A DNA stretch of 64,000 bases from positions 57,598,001-57,662,000 of the forward strand of contig OX597827.1 in assembly GCA_951406725.2 (NCBI GenBank), written 5' to 3'. A model generated the notes under the pieces. That model made no database searches, had not been told where the DNA came from, and worked only from the letters and a program-made list of their open reading frames with translations. Each line of letters opens with the position of its first letter. Position 1 is the stretch's first letter. Positions 1 through 12,477 of this stretch are shown piece by piece. Both the position numbers and the translations under genes were made by a program. Origin of the DNA: Octopus vulgaris (Eukaryota).

Positions 1-364
1 TAAATTTTCATATTGATATCTGATATATACTTCTGCCTTACCAGTGTTCAACTGGTAATTATTTTATCAACCCTGAATGGACGAAAGGCAAAGTCAACCT
101 TGGCAGAATTTTAACTTGGAAGGTAAAGACAGATGAAATGCCACAAAACATTTCGCCCAGTGCGATAACAATTCTGCCAGCTCACCATCTTTATATATAT
201 ATTTTTTCAATATTAAAAAGATACAGGATAAGATTTTACTAGAAATTTCTTAAAACAGCAATGCACCATTTTAAAATGACGCACTGGAGTTTTGTAACAA
301 ATACTAGAGAAAGAGATGCTTTGCTGTTGCCCTTACTGGTAAATTTCTGGTCTTAAGTACTTAC

Positions 365-454
365 CAAACAATAGCCAATCGAGGGATAGTGAACATTAGT
401 GCAGGGTCGTAGTCATCTATCATTTCCTGAGTAAGAAGACCTAACTTTAGTGAT
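365..454 (-). CDS. ZFYVE28: LST2/ZFYVE28 internal exon, 90 nt, phase 2/2; gene continues beyond the window start
   Basis: (R)[29 protein letters not shown](C) matches the LST2 motif G.LTQ.MIDDY.PALMF.IPRLAIVC. Acceptor ttttgcAG, donor GTaagt. Confidence 0.95.
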
Positions 455-1404
455 CTGCAAAAAAATTTTAAAATTTCTTTTTAATTACAGAATGACACTC
501 AAAATTGTAACAAACTAATTTTTGTCTCCAAATGAATGCACACATAAGAGTGATCTATCTTCTTAATTTGTAACCAAATGTTTTAGAAATTGATCCATTT
601 TAACCATTCCCTGAGGATAGTTGAGGGGAAAAAATAGAAATTTAGCATTAAAGCCTGCTGTTTGGTATCCATGAGAAGGGGAGTTCTTAAAGTTAATGTG
701 AAAACAGAGAAAAGTATAAATGTGCATTCATGTGAATTAGGGTGTGAAAATTAAAAATAAATAAAAACTATTGGAGAGAAAAATTGTTTGTGAAAATATA
801 TGAAGTACAATGGTAGGGATAGGTGGATGGATTACAGTTCACATGATACTGCTACAACCGTTGAGTGACAACCTTTTGGTAAGGTACATAACTCTGTGAG
901 GACTTAGTGTTTGTGAATAACACTTATTTCACAGATGAGCATTTTGTGAAGTGTCAACTATGAAAAGAATAGCTGTAGCAATAACAGTCTCAATACTATT
1001 TTTACTGTTATTTGCATGAGGCAAATAATACATGTAAAATATCAAAAATTAGATTGATATTTTTTTATATTTTAGATTTCTTTTTTAACCCTAAAGCATT
1101 CAGATTTCTCAAGTTTAATGTCTGTTTATTCACATTGATATGAATTAGTCATGCATTACCTTGTAGCTTTGCGATTTCAATGACATGATTGCTTAGTTTT
1201 AGAATATCAGATCCATGAAGACGTACAAAAGCAGACACTAAAATGATGATTAATTAGGCTGTGTATTTCAATAAATATAAGGTTACAAAATGGTGAGGAA
1301 GTCAATAGATAGAGCTTCTTTTGTCAGACTTGCAGTAATTTTAACATAAAAACTGAAGACAGGTGTCAAAACCGTGATGATAGAAAATATAAAAATGCCT
1401 AGAT

Positions 1405-1522
1405 CAAAGTTCTCAATCATTTATGTACTGGAGTCAATATTTTCCAATTAGTGAAGGCATGTGAGGAAAATAACTCAAAAATATATTCTCCAAATGGCAG
1501 AGTAGCAGTATGGAGAACCCTG
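1405..1522. mobile_element. Small hAT (Charlie/Buster-like) MITE
   Basis: Ends caaagttctcaa...tggagaaccctg; flanking 8-mers gcctagat/ctctagat resemble the nTCTAGAn-type TSD. Confidence 0.55.
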
Positions 1523-1709
1523 CTCTAGATATTATGCACACAGTGATGATATCAACTTCTCAGACTATTTGCAACACCTGTAGACTTGGTTAATTCCTAT
1601 TCTTAACACATCAATATAATAAAGAGGAAAAGAAAATATATTTCTTGCGATATCACCATTCAAAACAGAAAAATATGACATAAACTTGTAACTACGAACA
1701 GTCATATTC

Positions 1710-2138
1710 TTTTCAACTCTATGCACAAGGCCCAAAATTTGGGAGGATGGGACCAGTCGATAAGATCAACCCCAGTACGCAACTGGTACTTAATTTATCA
1801 ACCCTAAAAGGATGAAAGGCAAAGTAGACCTCAGCCGAATTTGAACTTACAATGTAGACAGACGAAATACCGCGAAGCATTTCGCCCGGTGTGCTAACAA
1901 TTCTAACAGCTCACCAATAATAATAATAATCCTTTCTACTATAGGCAACAAGGTCTGACATTTGGTAGGAGAGGGCCAGTTGAACAGATGTACTCCAGTA
2001 TGCAACTGGTACTTAATTTATCGACCCCAAAAGGATGAAAGGCAAAGTCGACCTCAGCGGAATTTGAACTCAGAACGTAGACAGACAAAATACTGTTTGG
2101 CATTTCGCATGGTGTGCTAACATTCCTGCCAGCTCACC
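1710..2138 (-). mobile_element. Two tandem copies of SINE family B (tRNA-like head, Meta-domain-like body)
   Basis: Reverse complement of the 19005-19212 element repeated twice (cccagtacgcaactggtacttaatttatcgacccc..aaggatgaaaggcaaagtcgacctc..gaatttgaactcagaacg). Another fragment at about 40-190. Confidence 0.85.
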
Positions 2139-2409
2139 TACAAGCAGTCATATTACCAAATTACCAAAGACTGGGTCTTTGGTCAGATATGTTTGCACTA
2201 CATTCCTTGCAAATTACATTCATCAATTTCCATGTAAACATTCCTTGCCTGCATTTAAGCTTTGTAGGGTTGAGACAAAATAAACACTGCAAATGAGAGA
2301 TTGTCAAGTGTCTCAACTAACAAAATACTGATTTGTTCAAGTGAACATTAACTGTTTTGATATCAACCTGATTGATATTGCTTTTAGTTTTATAAGGCGA
2401 AACCACATT

Positions 2410-2621
2410 TTAACCTTTAACATTTAAACAAGCAACTTGCAGCTTGTTTTGTGTACAAATCAACTAAATCCAGCCTCTCACACCTACCATACAATGTCAT
2501 TCTAAAAATAAACAATCATTTCATTGAAATCTCTTAGCTACAAGAATGCATGTTTAATTCAAAACAATGTGACTAAAGAAGTATTACATTTGGCAGAGTA
2601 ATCTGAATGCTAAAAGGTTCA
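2410..2621. mobile_element. piggyBac-type MITE family 1, degenerate copy
   Basis: Shares its body with 49382-49609; TTAA-ccttta... left end and gctaaaagg right end. Confidence 0.7.
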
Positions 2622-2797
2622 AGAGTTCATATCTAAATTTAAAAATCAAAATCCATCCACCATGATTAGTAACATAAAATTCTTTCTGTTAGCTCTTGTT
2701 CCAGATAAGGTGAAAGTTAATCATTTTCATACATTAAATTGAATTCTTTATTATTTTCAAAGACATGGTCACAAAATAATTAAGTGATTCCACTCAC

Positions 2798-2887
2798 CTA
2801 TGCACAGTTTCTGAAAACAATACAGTCACCTCTTGCAAAATATCATATTCTTTCATTGTCTTCACAGGAACCATTGCACTCACATAG
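2798..2887 (-). CDS. ZFYVE28: LST2/ZFYVE28 internal exon, 90 nt, phase 2/2
   Basis: (S)[29 protein letters not shown](R). Acceptor tttctcttttAG, donor GTgagt. Frame is consistent with both neighbouring exons. Confidence 0.95.
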
Positions 2888-3338
2888 CTAAAAGAGAAAC
2901 AGATTAGAAAACTTTATTATATATAGGTGTGTGTGCATGTTGACTCATATAAGGAAATATAGACATTGGAGCTTGACACAGTTTAAGTCCAATTTTGTTA
3001 AACTGTCCAACCCATGCCAGCACAGAAAACAGATGTTGAACAATGAGGATGAGAACCCAAAAGCTTATTATCTCTTGTCGCTGTGTTTTCTGACTAGAAT
3101 TTAATTCTTTTAATATTTGTAACCAGCAGAGAATAAACAACTGAATCAACATGACAGAATGCAGAAAGGAAGCAATAAATCTTAAAGTAATACAATGCAT
3201 GTCAGTGTGTGTATAAATTATGTAAGTGTACACAGGGTATGTGCATTTGCTGCATTTATAAATCATAACTTCCTAACAGAGCAGTTTTACAATTCATGAA
3301 ATTACACGTGCATGTAAGTGTTTTATATTTATATACAT

Positions 3339-3686
3339 CTGGGGTTCTCAACTAATTTTTAATCTATGGAACCCTTTGATTGTTATTTTATCCTGGTGGT
3401 CTCCCATGGCCATTCAATGCTTGGAAACTAGTTTTATAGAAACTTCTTTCAAAATTATTTTGTAATTCACCCATTAACTTGTGTAGCTTGAGCTATGCAA
3501 AATGTTAGAGAAAGAAACCTAACTGTTTCTTGCAGTAAATGCCAAAGCATATACCTAAAGCAAAATTTTTTCAGAATACTATTTAGAATACTATTGTGGA
3601 TCCACAATCTACTATTTTGTTACATGGACCCCCAAAATCTTATATAGAGCCTCAGGGGCCACATGGAACTTGGCTGAGAACCACTG
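3339..3686. mobile_element. hAT (Charlie/Buster-like) MITE
   Basis: TIRs ctggggttctcaac / gctgagaaccactg; flanks atatacat/atatatgt; internal similarity to 41179-41415. Confidence 0.7.
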
Positions 3687-4360
3687 ATATATGTAAACAT
3701 TCATACACACAGTATTATTATTTCAAAACAAAAATGTAGTTTTATGAATGCAGCAAAGTTTTTATCACCCACCACATTTCAGCTTGAGGTCTAATTACCC
3801 TTGTAAAAGCAAGATACCTCAGAATCTAGGCCTTTTTTTTTTTTTCACTTTAAAAAAATTAAATAAAATTAAAAGAAATTTTTAAAAAAATTAAGCCACA
3901 TCCTATCAAAGTATCTCTGCTATGTTAAATGGAGAAGTGAAGGGGTAAATTAACAGCATGATAGTTAAAATATTTACCAGTGACCAGTGCTGATTAGCTG
4001 TGGTCAAGCACTTGGTGAACTGATAGAGTTAGTTAGAAAAAAAAAGAAAAGAAAAAACCTACCATAGTAATTTGGTCGACAAAATTACAACCTTCCCTGT
4101 GTACAATGTGTAGTTGGTAAAGTAAAACACCATCGGAGGTACATTACTTGGTGGGGATTAGTATAAAGCCTTCTCTAAATGAACTATACTAACTAGTACA
4201 GCTAGTAATTAAATACTAGACTTCTACCTGCATGTAGTGTGTGGTAAGTGGAGAGAAACAGCAGCTTTATAAGATGGTGAAGATAATTCAAAATAAACAA
4301 AGAAAATATACCGATTTCAAATGTAAGAACAAGCTGTGTGTGTGTGTATATATATATATA

Positions 4361-4391
<31 letters not shown>

Positions 4392-6078
4392 TACATATAT
4401 ATATAAAGAAAAAAATAAAGGAAAATGGATCTGAGTGAAAAGCAAAATTTCCTGGTTAGGTTACAGGGTATATTTAATCTGACATAAAAGTTAATTATGC
4501 ATGGCTTGGGTATTAGTCATTTTTGTAGTCTATCTTACAGGTTTGAAAATACCACGGAATATATTTACCTACATCATTAGAGACTTCAAAACATTTCAAC
4601 TACCTTCCAATGAAATTAAAAGAAAATTTTAAGCTTTATATCTGGAAGGAAATCTAAAAAATTTCCCAACCTCAGGTGATGAGATTACATTCAAAAGGCA
4701 GTTGGAATATCATATGTTGTTGTTGGGTTTTAGCATCAGGTGCACCTGAGTACCGTATACAATAATTTCATTATTATTATTATATAACTGAGGAGATCTG
4801 TGATAAAAATTTGTTGTAGCTGTGACAATCTTATTTTATTTTCAGTGTATTCCAAAACTATGTTATCAAATATGGCTTTCCTTTCCATTTTTTTACTTAA
4901 ACAAGGCACGGTTTGAGGAGGTTTGGGAGCTATTTTTTACAGGCCAAGCATTGACATGTATTTCTCTCTCACTAGATTGTTTTCACTATTTCATGAGACA
5001 GAGCCGAAAATATTTGATCTTTGAAAGCCCATTTTCACCAGCATCACCACTATAACAGTAGAAAATCACAAAACTAAGTGTACAGGTTGCAACATCCATT
5101 TATTGTCACAAGTTACACATACAAGCACCAAACTTATAAACAAACTTTTTCCGCACCTATCAAATGGTTACTAATTTAAACATCAGCTATGGGCAGTTGC
5201 TGGTCAGCTTGAACCAACTTTTCTGATTAGAATGAATAAATTGCACTTCTCAGATAATCATCATCTAACATTTCTTTTCCAATGATGGCACGGGTAGGGT
5301 GGTTTGACAGAACCTGACAAGCCAGAGAGCTTGTGATGAGCTCCAATGGTTCCTTTGGAATGGTTTCTATGGCTAGATGCCCTTTCTAACATCAACCACT
5401 TTACAGAATATACTGGGAAGAGGGGTGGGGTAGAGAGGGCTTTTATTTATTTTCTTTTTTGTAGCACCAGCACTGGTGAGGTCATCAAGTACTCATGAGA
5501 CAAGATGCCTCAACTGAGAAGGGCATAGTATTAAGGGATGTGAAAGTATGATCACGGAACAGGAGCAGGTGTCTTGCTGAAGAGATGGGGATGAGTATAT
5601 GTCTTCCCTATCTGGAAAGGGATAAGTGTAAATTCAAGTTGTACTTCATAAACTACTGAGTAAACTACGAAACCTTTTCTGCAGGGTTTTTTTTTTCTTC
5701 CCTTCTTACTGGAAAGTGCAATACCAATTCCACTCATAGATCTTCCTAGACTAGTGAGATTGATGCTATTAACATTCTTTTTATGTCTTTTAAGTTTCAG
5801 TCATTAGACTGCAGCCATGCAGAATTTTTAGTTGAATGAATACACCCCAGTTCTTTTTTTTTTTTAAATCTGGTACTTATTCTATCAGTCTCTTTTGCCC
5901 AACAGCTAAGTTATGGGGACCTAAACAAACCAAGTGTTGATGGTGGACAAACACACAACAACACACAGACGACAAGCTCAGAATTAACATTAAAAAATAA
6001 AAATCTAATCAAAAATAATTACATAATGAGGAAATGAAATTAACACAGTGATTTCCAAGTACAAGAGACAACTTCAGA

Positions 6079-6470
6079 CATCATCATCATCGTTTAACGT
6101 CCGTTTTCCGCGCTAGCATGGGTTGGACGGTTCGACCGGGGTCTGGGGAGCCAGGGGCTGCCCCAGGCTCCAGTCTGATCTGGCAGTGTTTCTACAGCTG
6201 GATGCCCTTCCTAACGCCAACCACTCCGCGAGTGTAGTGGGTGCTTTTTACGTGCCACCTGCACAGGTGCCAGAGGGGTCTGGCATCGGCCACGATCAGT
6301 TGGTGCTTTTTTATGTGCCACCGGCACAGAAGCCAGTGGAGGCTGCACTGGCAACGGCCACGTTCGGATGGTGCTTTTTATGTGTCACCGGCACAGGTAT
6401 CACAACTACTGTTTCCATTGATATTTGGTTCAATGTTCATGTACATGCACTTGACTCAACAGGTCTCCTC
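6079..6470 (-). mobile_element. SINE-like family C (RTE-related, (GAT)n tail, internal tandem units)
   Basis: catcatcatcatcgtttaacgtccgttttcc...ctggatgcccttcctaacgccaaccactcc...ggtgctttttacgtgccacc; closely similar, in reverse, to 19624-19872 and 39285-39631. Confidence 0.85.
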
Positions 6471-7191
6471 CAGTTTTATTACACCTCTTCAGCTAAGCAT
6501 CAATTTCATTGCATTTACTGAAGCAGTGATGAGAGAATCAGTAATTGATGTACAATACTGTATAAGTGTAGGAATAAATAACATTTTAAAAATAGATATA
6601 CAAGAGTGAGATTAATTACTTAGAAACACCATCTACATAAAAAAAAAAAAACAGCTTGACTAAGTGTTAACATATTTAATGTAGTGAGCATTAAAAATCT
6701 AATTATAGATACTTAGGCTTTTTTCAAGGACACAAGCAATTGTTTCAACCAAAGATTAAAACTGATACAGGACTTTCAGCATATTCACAATGACTATTTA
6801 CGAGGTAGACGAACAAGGATTGAAATCTGTTATGTATCCAAATGCACAGACAAATACACGCAAGAATGTACATGCTCACATACACAGATGTGCACACAAA
6901 TGCGTGTGTACGCACCCACTAGGTGACACGTGCAGCAGTTTGAACTTTGTGTCAAGCGGTGATTTTAATAGTGATAGTAAATACACAGAACAATCCTATC
7001 AGCTCTTAACATTGGACCATGCAACTTGACATTTAACAGAACATCAATAGAAAGTAGGAAAATGAGTGGGTGGGGACGATGAGTTATTCTGTAAAAGGTG
7101 TGTGTGCGTGAGTGTGTGCGTTTTTGTATATAAGAGCAAGATGAATGTATGAGACATGTGCAAGCCTAATTGCATTTAATCACCTGTATAC

Positions 7192-7712
7192 GCAGGTGCA
7201 GAAATGGTTGCATGGTAAGAAGCTCACTTCCCAATCAGCTTTCAGTACAGTCCCACTGAATGACACCTTTGGCAAGTGTCTTTTGCTATAACCCTAGGCT
7301 GCCCAAAAGCCCTTGCGAGTGGATTTGGTAGATGGAAACTGGAAGCTTGTCATATTATTTAATTCTTTTACTTGTTTCAGTCATTTGACTGCAGCCATGC
7401 TGGAGCACCACCTTGAAGTGGTTTTGTTGAACAATTTGACCACAGGACTTATTTTTAAGTCTAGTACTTATTCTACCGGTCTCTCTGCCAAACCACTAAG
7501 TTATGGGAATGTAAATACACCAACACTGATTGTCAAGCAAAGTTGGGGAATAAACAAAGACACACACACACACACACATATATAAGCCACAAAATTACAT
7601 TCTGACCCTCTGGCCAACAACTGATGAGGAGTTGGGGAACTTCTGTATCTGTTTTCCGAGGTGCCTTCCATGTGGTCAGGAAGGAAGCTTCTTACCACAC
7701 AGCCACACCTGT
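7192..7712. mobile_element. SINE family A composite: + strand 5' half followed by a - strand copy
   Basis: Family A head/CORE-like part at 7192-7350 (+), then tail-to-head family A sequence 7362-7712 (-) with an unrelated ~95 nt insert near 7585-7680. Confidence 0.7.
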
Positions 7713-7713
7713 A

Positions 7714-7762
<49 letters not shown>

Positions 7763-7766
<4 letters not shown>

Positions 7767-7977
7767 AAAATGTGACCGCGTGTGTACCATTGGCGATTTT
7801 TTTCCCTCCGTCTTCCCTTCTTTGGATCTTTCCTTTTCCTATGTTTCTGACGAAGAGCTCCGCTCGAAATGTTAAACCCTCCTTCTTTCCTTCTCTCCTG
7901 AGCGTCCAATAATACTATATTTGTTCCACGTCCTCGCATTGTTATGTTTTCTCTTTGTGTTTTCATGTTTGGATTAA

Positions 7978-7982
<5 letters not shown>
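7763..7982 (+). mobile_element. Penelope-like non-autonomous insert in (TA)n carrying a minimal hammerhead motif
   Basis: Flanked on both sides by long (TA)n; contains gttt-CTGACGA-a-gagc-tcc-gctc-GAAA-tgtt-aaac (7843-7877) and shares cctgagcgt..taatac with 60663-60870. Confidence 0.65.
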
Positions 7983-8019
<37 letters not shown>

Positions 8020-9689
8020 CAAACATTTATTCTATTTTTAATGCAGGCTTCACATTTCCATTCATGCACATTAATGCAACCAACCAAAGTGTTAGCATAT
8101 TTAATAACGAGTGGCATTAAAATGCTAATTGAAACTTTCTGTTGATGAGAACTTCCTGCTGCAAAACCTAATCAAGTGATACAAAGTCTACATGTCTTTT
8201 TTTTTTTCCTGAGACTGGTATCCAACAGAGGAAATAGAAAGACTATCACATTTTCATTAACATAATTTTTACTGTCTTGTAATAAAAAAAAAATAGTTAT
8301 AATTATTCTTTCTCAAACTGGCGCAAATCCAGAAACTTTAAAAGTGAATAACTAACCGAATTGACCATATCACTCTCAAATTACATCCCACTGACTTGGT
8401 TTCTTCAGAGAGATTTAGTACTATTTTATTAACTAACCATCCTGTTGCTAAGCATTACCTGTTTTTCAAATAAACTATTTTATTAACCAGTTTATGGCCA
8501 CACTTCTCATGAAACTGTTAGAATAGTAAGAGTCACTTAAAAGTAACAAAATATTTCAGTACTTACACTACAATATGTCACTGACTTCCAAATGACACAT
8601 TCAGAGCATACTGTTAATATAGTTCAACACTATACATATATACAAAGACAAAACACACACACATATATATATATATCCATTTGTGTTAAATGTCGGGAAA
8701 AAAGAGTACTCAATACCATAGTAGAGATCAATAATATTTCATTTTGGTTGAGTCAGTTTCTTGCCACTTTCAGTTTCACCTGTAAATGCACAGGATTTTC
8801 AGGAAAGTGATAACTTGACCAAAATTATATATATATACATGTATTATATATTATATGCCCTTTTACCAATTATATACTTTTTATTTATTATTTTATACTT
8901 TAATTATTGGTATGTGTTTTTATTGTATATCTAATTTTTTTCTATATGATATAATTTAATTATATCATTATTATTTCATTGTTGAATTAATAAAAGGTTG
9001 ATTCTTCTCTAATTTACATACATATATAGATATATTTGTCTATTTCCCATATATTTCTCATTTTCTACATGTAATTCATTGTTGGCTCATTAGCATGAAC
9101 TAAAAACATTTACCTTAGGCACAAGGCCCCACACTTTGAGAGCAGGAGCTGCCAAGTCATCATCTACTGATGGGATGTGAACTTAGGACAAAGAGATGTG
9201 TTTCAATTTTCAAATGATCATGAACTTGGAGGGCTTTAGTAAATCACCTAACTCTTCCATTTATGGGTATAATTAACCTGAGTTTCGGAACAGAAAAAGT
9301 CCTTACATACAATTATATAAAATTTCAATTTAAACCTGAACACTTAAAACCAGGTTTTTGTATCAGAGAACTAGAGATGATTTCAGATTAGAATTAAGAG
9401 ATAATGTTCCAGTTTATCTTGAACATTGTTTAATATAAAATATGTCATAAATTTTAAATTATAGGACATGTATTCATGAATAGACCAGAAAATGTGAAGT
9501 AATGTACTATTGTATAAGGCCTTATACTATATCCTAGATATGCTCCTGTCACCACTGCCATTACGTAATATCCTGAACCCAAACAGTCAGTACAGCTGTT
9601 ATAACATGCATTACTTCCAGGAAGTAATTGGAATAAGAAAAGCAAAACAAAACCTTTCAAATGAAGAAATAATACAATCAATGCCATAC

Positions 9690-9742
9690 CTCAATTCAAA
9701 CTCAGCAAACAATTTATCAAATATCGTCAATGCCTCTTTAAT
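9690..9742 (-). CDS. ZFYVE28: LST2/ZFYVE28 internal exon, 53 nt, phase 0/2
   Basis: IKEALTIFDKLFAEFEL + AG of a split Ser codon; matches the LST2 motif EAL..FD.LFAEFELS. Acceptor tatttcAG, donor GTatgg. Not in the ORF track. Confidence 0.93.
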
Positions 9743-9963
9743 CTGAAATAAAATAGCAAAGAGAAATTGATAAATTACAATCTTAATATTTTCATTTGCT
9801 TCATATTTAAAACATATCTTGTTTCCATTTTTTGTTTCTCTAATTTGAATAATTTTATATACTTTTTAACAAGCTAACTAGTTGTGACACCAGCACCTGT
9901 TCTGGTACCGTCAATTTATATATCACTGGCAGGGAAACGAATCGCTGGTGTCTTTAGTGGTCG

Positions 9964-10025
9964 AGCATCCATCATTGACAAGACCAAACAAGGTCGAAAT
10001 CACATGATCTGGTGGTTTTGATGCT
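9964..10025 (+). ncRNA. Type I hammerhead ribozyme motif (U3-A8 core variant)
   Basis: Stem I ccatca/tggtgg plus distal agcat/atgct; core TTGACAA; stem II gacc-aaacaa-ggtc; GAAA; stem III atca-ca-tgat; cleavage triplet AUC (C10009). Confidence 0.75.
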
Positions 10026-10937
10026 GAAAGTGGCGAGGATTTATCTCTTTGCTAACAATATATACAAGGGTGCATTTTGCACCAAAAACCAATATGAGAA
10101 TTTCTTTCATGGTAACTACCACAGCAAAGTTTGTTCTAACAAATCATGTTTAAGAGAGGATAAATATTACCTCTCTGGATTAATACTGCTTCTGTTGCTA
10201 ATATATAATTTGAGTACGTTTGACAATAAAGAGAGAAAAAAACTAGTGAAACAAAAAGCCATAATTGACTCTCAAATCTAAAAAGACCCACTGTTAGAAT
10301 CTCTTAGAAGAAAGAAAGAGTTGCTGAATATCTATCGTTTTCAGTGGACTTACATTTCTAAGGCTACTGGCTTGCCAGTAACTCAGTTAAACTATCCAAT
10401 CCATGCTAGCATGGAAAGCCTTGATTAAACAATGATGATGATACAGAATGGCAGGATTTTGTCCCTTGCATAGCTTTACATACATCTTGAAGCACTGACT
10501 TGATTTTTTAAGCCCAGCTCAACTATGATCAAAGGTGTGCTAGCTGTGATCATCCCATCTTTTATGTAGACAGCCTATGTAGGACTACATTGTCTAATGT
10601 AGTGTTCTTTTTTTTTTTTTATTTTTTTTGCTTTTCTTTCTAAAGATGGTAGTGTGTTATTTGAAAGGGAGCTGGTATTTTTAACAGGTCAAACAACCTC
10701 ATAGAGGGGCTCCCTCATTGGTTCATTCACTTTCATTATTTCATGAAAATGTAGAATTGAATTTTGCAAGAAGAAATACTTATTCATCCATCTTTTATCA
10801 CCAAGATGAAAGCATCTCTTACACAGGTTATGGGAAAACCCTCTACATTCTTGGAGCATTAAAAAAAAAACCCCAATAATTAGCTCTGCTGACCTTAAAA
10901 AATGTTGGAAACATATGAAGTGTTCAAAATCACTTAC

Positions 10938-11087
10938 TCGTTCTGTGTAGACATTGATATTTTTTAAACATTGCTCCCGCAATATACTGCGTAAACTATC
11001 CAGATTTTTGGTTAGTGCTCGGGCCAAAGGTCGCATACTTGCACTTTCAACCTCTCGATTCATTATGGTCGATCCTGCAGCTAAACA
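10938..11087 (-). CDS. ZFYVE28: LST2/ZFYVE28 internal exon, 150 nt, phase 0/0
   Basis: [50 protein letters not shown] continues directly from ...WFGAE. Acceptor ttgcAG, donor GTaagt. Confidence 0.96.
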
Positions 11088-12035
11088 CTGCAATAAACAA
11101 AAGACAATTATACAATTTGAATTATCATTATTTTCGTGCTTTCTTCAAATATCTGAAGAATGTTCAAAAGAAAACAGTTTTCATACATAATAAAAGAAAA
11201 CATGTGTAGCTTTTGCTGCCAAAGCTCTGCACCCTTAATATGGCAACTTGTCAAAAGCTCACCACAGGTGAAGGTGGGGTGATATGTTGTTTATAAATTA
11301 AAATTTTGTAAGCTTAAAAGCAGATGTAAGAAATGAAATATACTCAACAGGTCAAGACCATTCTGTGCCAAATATCCACCCACTTGTGGCTAATACAATA
11401 AATTGGATTAGTATAATATATTAGCCAGGTCGCTGGCTATACTGCACTGGGGAAACAGTTGTAAAATTGCTTTGCTTCAGACTGATTTGAAAATGGCAAA
11501 CGAAGAGACACCCAGAAAAATCTACAATGTATAAATCTACGTATGTTGTCTGACGAATGTGACTCTCAGATGATCAGCAGGTTGAAATGCTGCTTTTCAT
11601 TACATAAATTAATAGCCCGGTGTTGTAGCATGGATTGTGTAGTTAACTATATTTTGACACAATCCAATGCACAAAAATAAACATATGATAGATAATATAA
11701 TAGAAGTAAAGTAACCCAGAACAGACAATATACAAAATAATGCTTTATATATTTGCTTAATAACTCATTGAGAAGAATGATACAGTGGAAGCATAACAGG
11801 TCCTTAACCCAGAATTCTGGAAATCAAAATTATGCTCTGCAAAGAAATAGATGCTATTTTTGATATGTACACATTGGGTTGTCTATAAATATACTGATAA
11901 CATATGTATATGTACCTATGGGGGTAGGCACAAATTATATTATGCAATGAAGTATATACAAGGTCAAAGGGGTCACTAAAACCCAAGTAATGTAGTGGGT
12001 AGAGACAACAACAACAACAATAGTGTGTGTGTGTA

Positions 12036-12255
12036 TTAACCCATTTTAACCCACTGTCCTTGTTTGAGGACAGTTGTATTTGGTCTGTTTACTGCAATAA
12101 GGGTTAACTGGACACAAAACAGTGCTTGTTGTATTTATTTAACCATTGTATTTGGTTTATTTATTGCAATAAAGGTTAACTGGACGCTTCTGTATGTTTG
12201 TTATCCCTATTTATATAACTGTCTTCAAAATCTTGACAAGGTTAACTTGGGTTAA
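12036..12255. mobile_element. piggyBac-type MITE family 3 with internal ~40 bp direct repeat
   Basis: TTAA-CCC...GGG-TTAA ends; imperfect ~35 bp TIR; ttgtatttggt.t.ttta.tgcaataa.ggttaactggac occurs twice. Confidence 0.7.
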
Positions 12256-12477
12256 AAGGATTTCAGAAATAGTCAGTGTGTCAGACAAATAGTATAGATA
12301 ACTGATCAAGGCATCAAATTGATTTTGATACATTCATCGGAAATGTGAGATTTCTTATATTGTGGTACAAGGTAGGATCAGAATTCAAGTGACTCAATTA
12401 CAGTGTGTGTGTGTGTGTGTGTGTGGAAATGGATATGTGGCATTCAATTAAATAAATTATATATATATATTATATAT

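Noticed and set aside
6123-6609. 120-130 aa ORFs (also 39188-39586, 19618-19824, 23017-23370)
   Set aside because: They are translations of family C repeat copies, not genes.
7618-7660. CTGATGA plus stem (also at 13058 and 19779) as further hammerheads
   Set aside because: No GAAA or stem III/UH follows the putative stem II.
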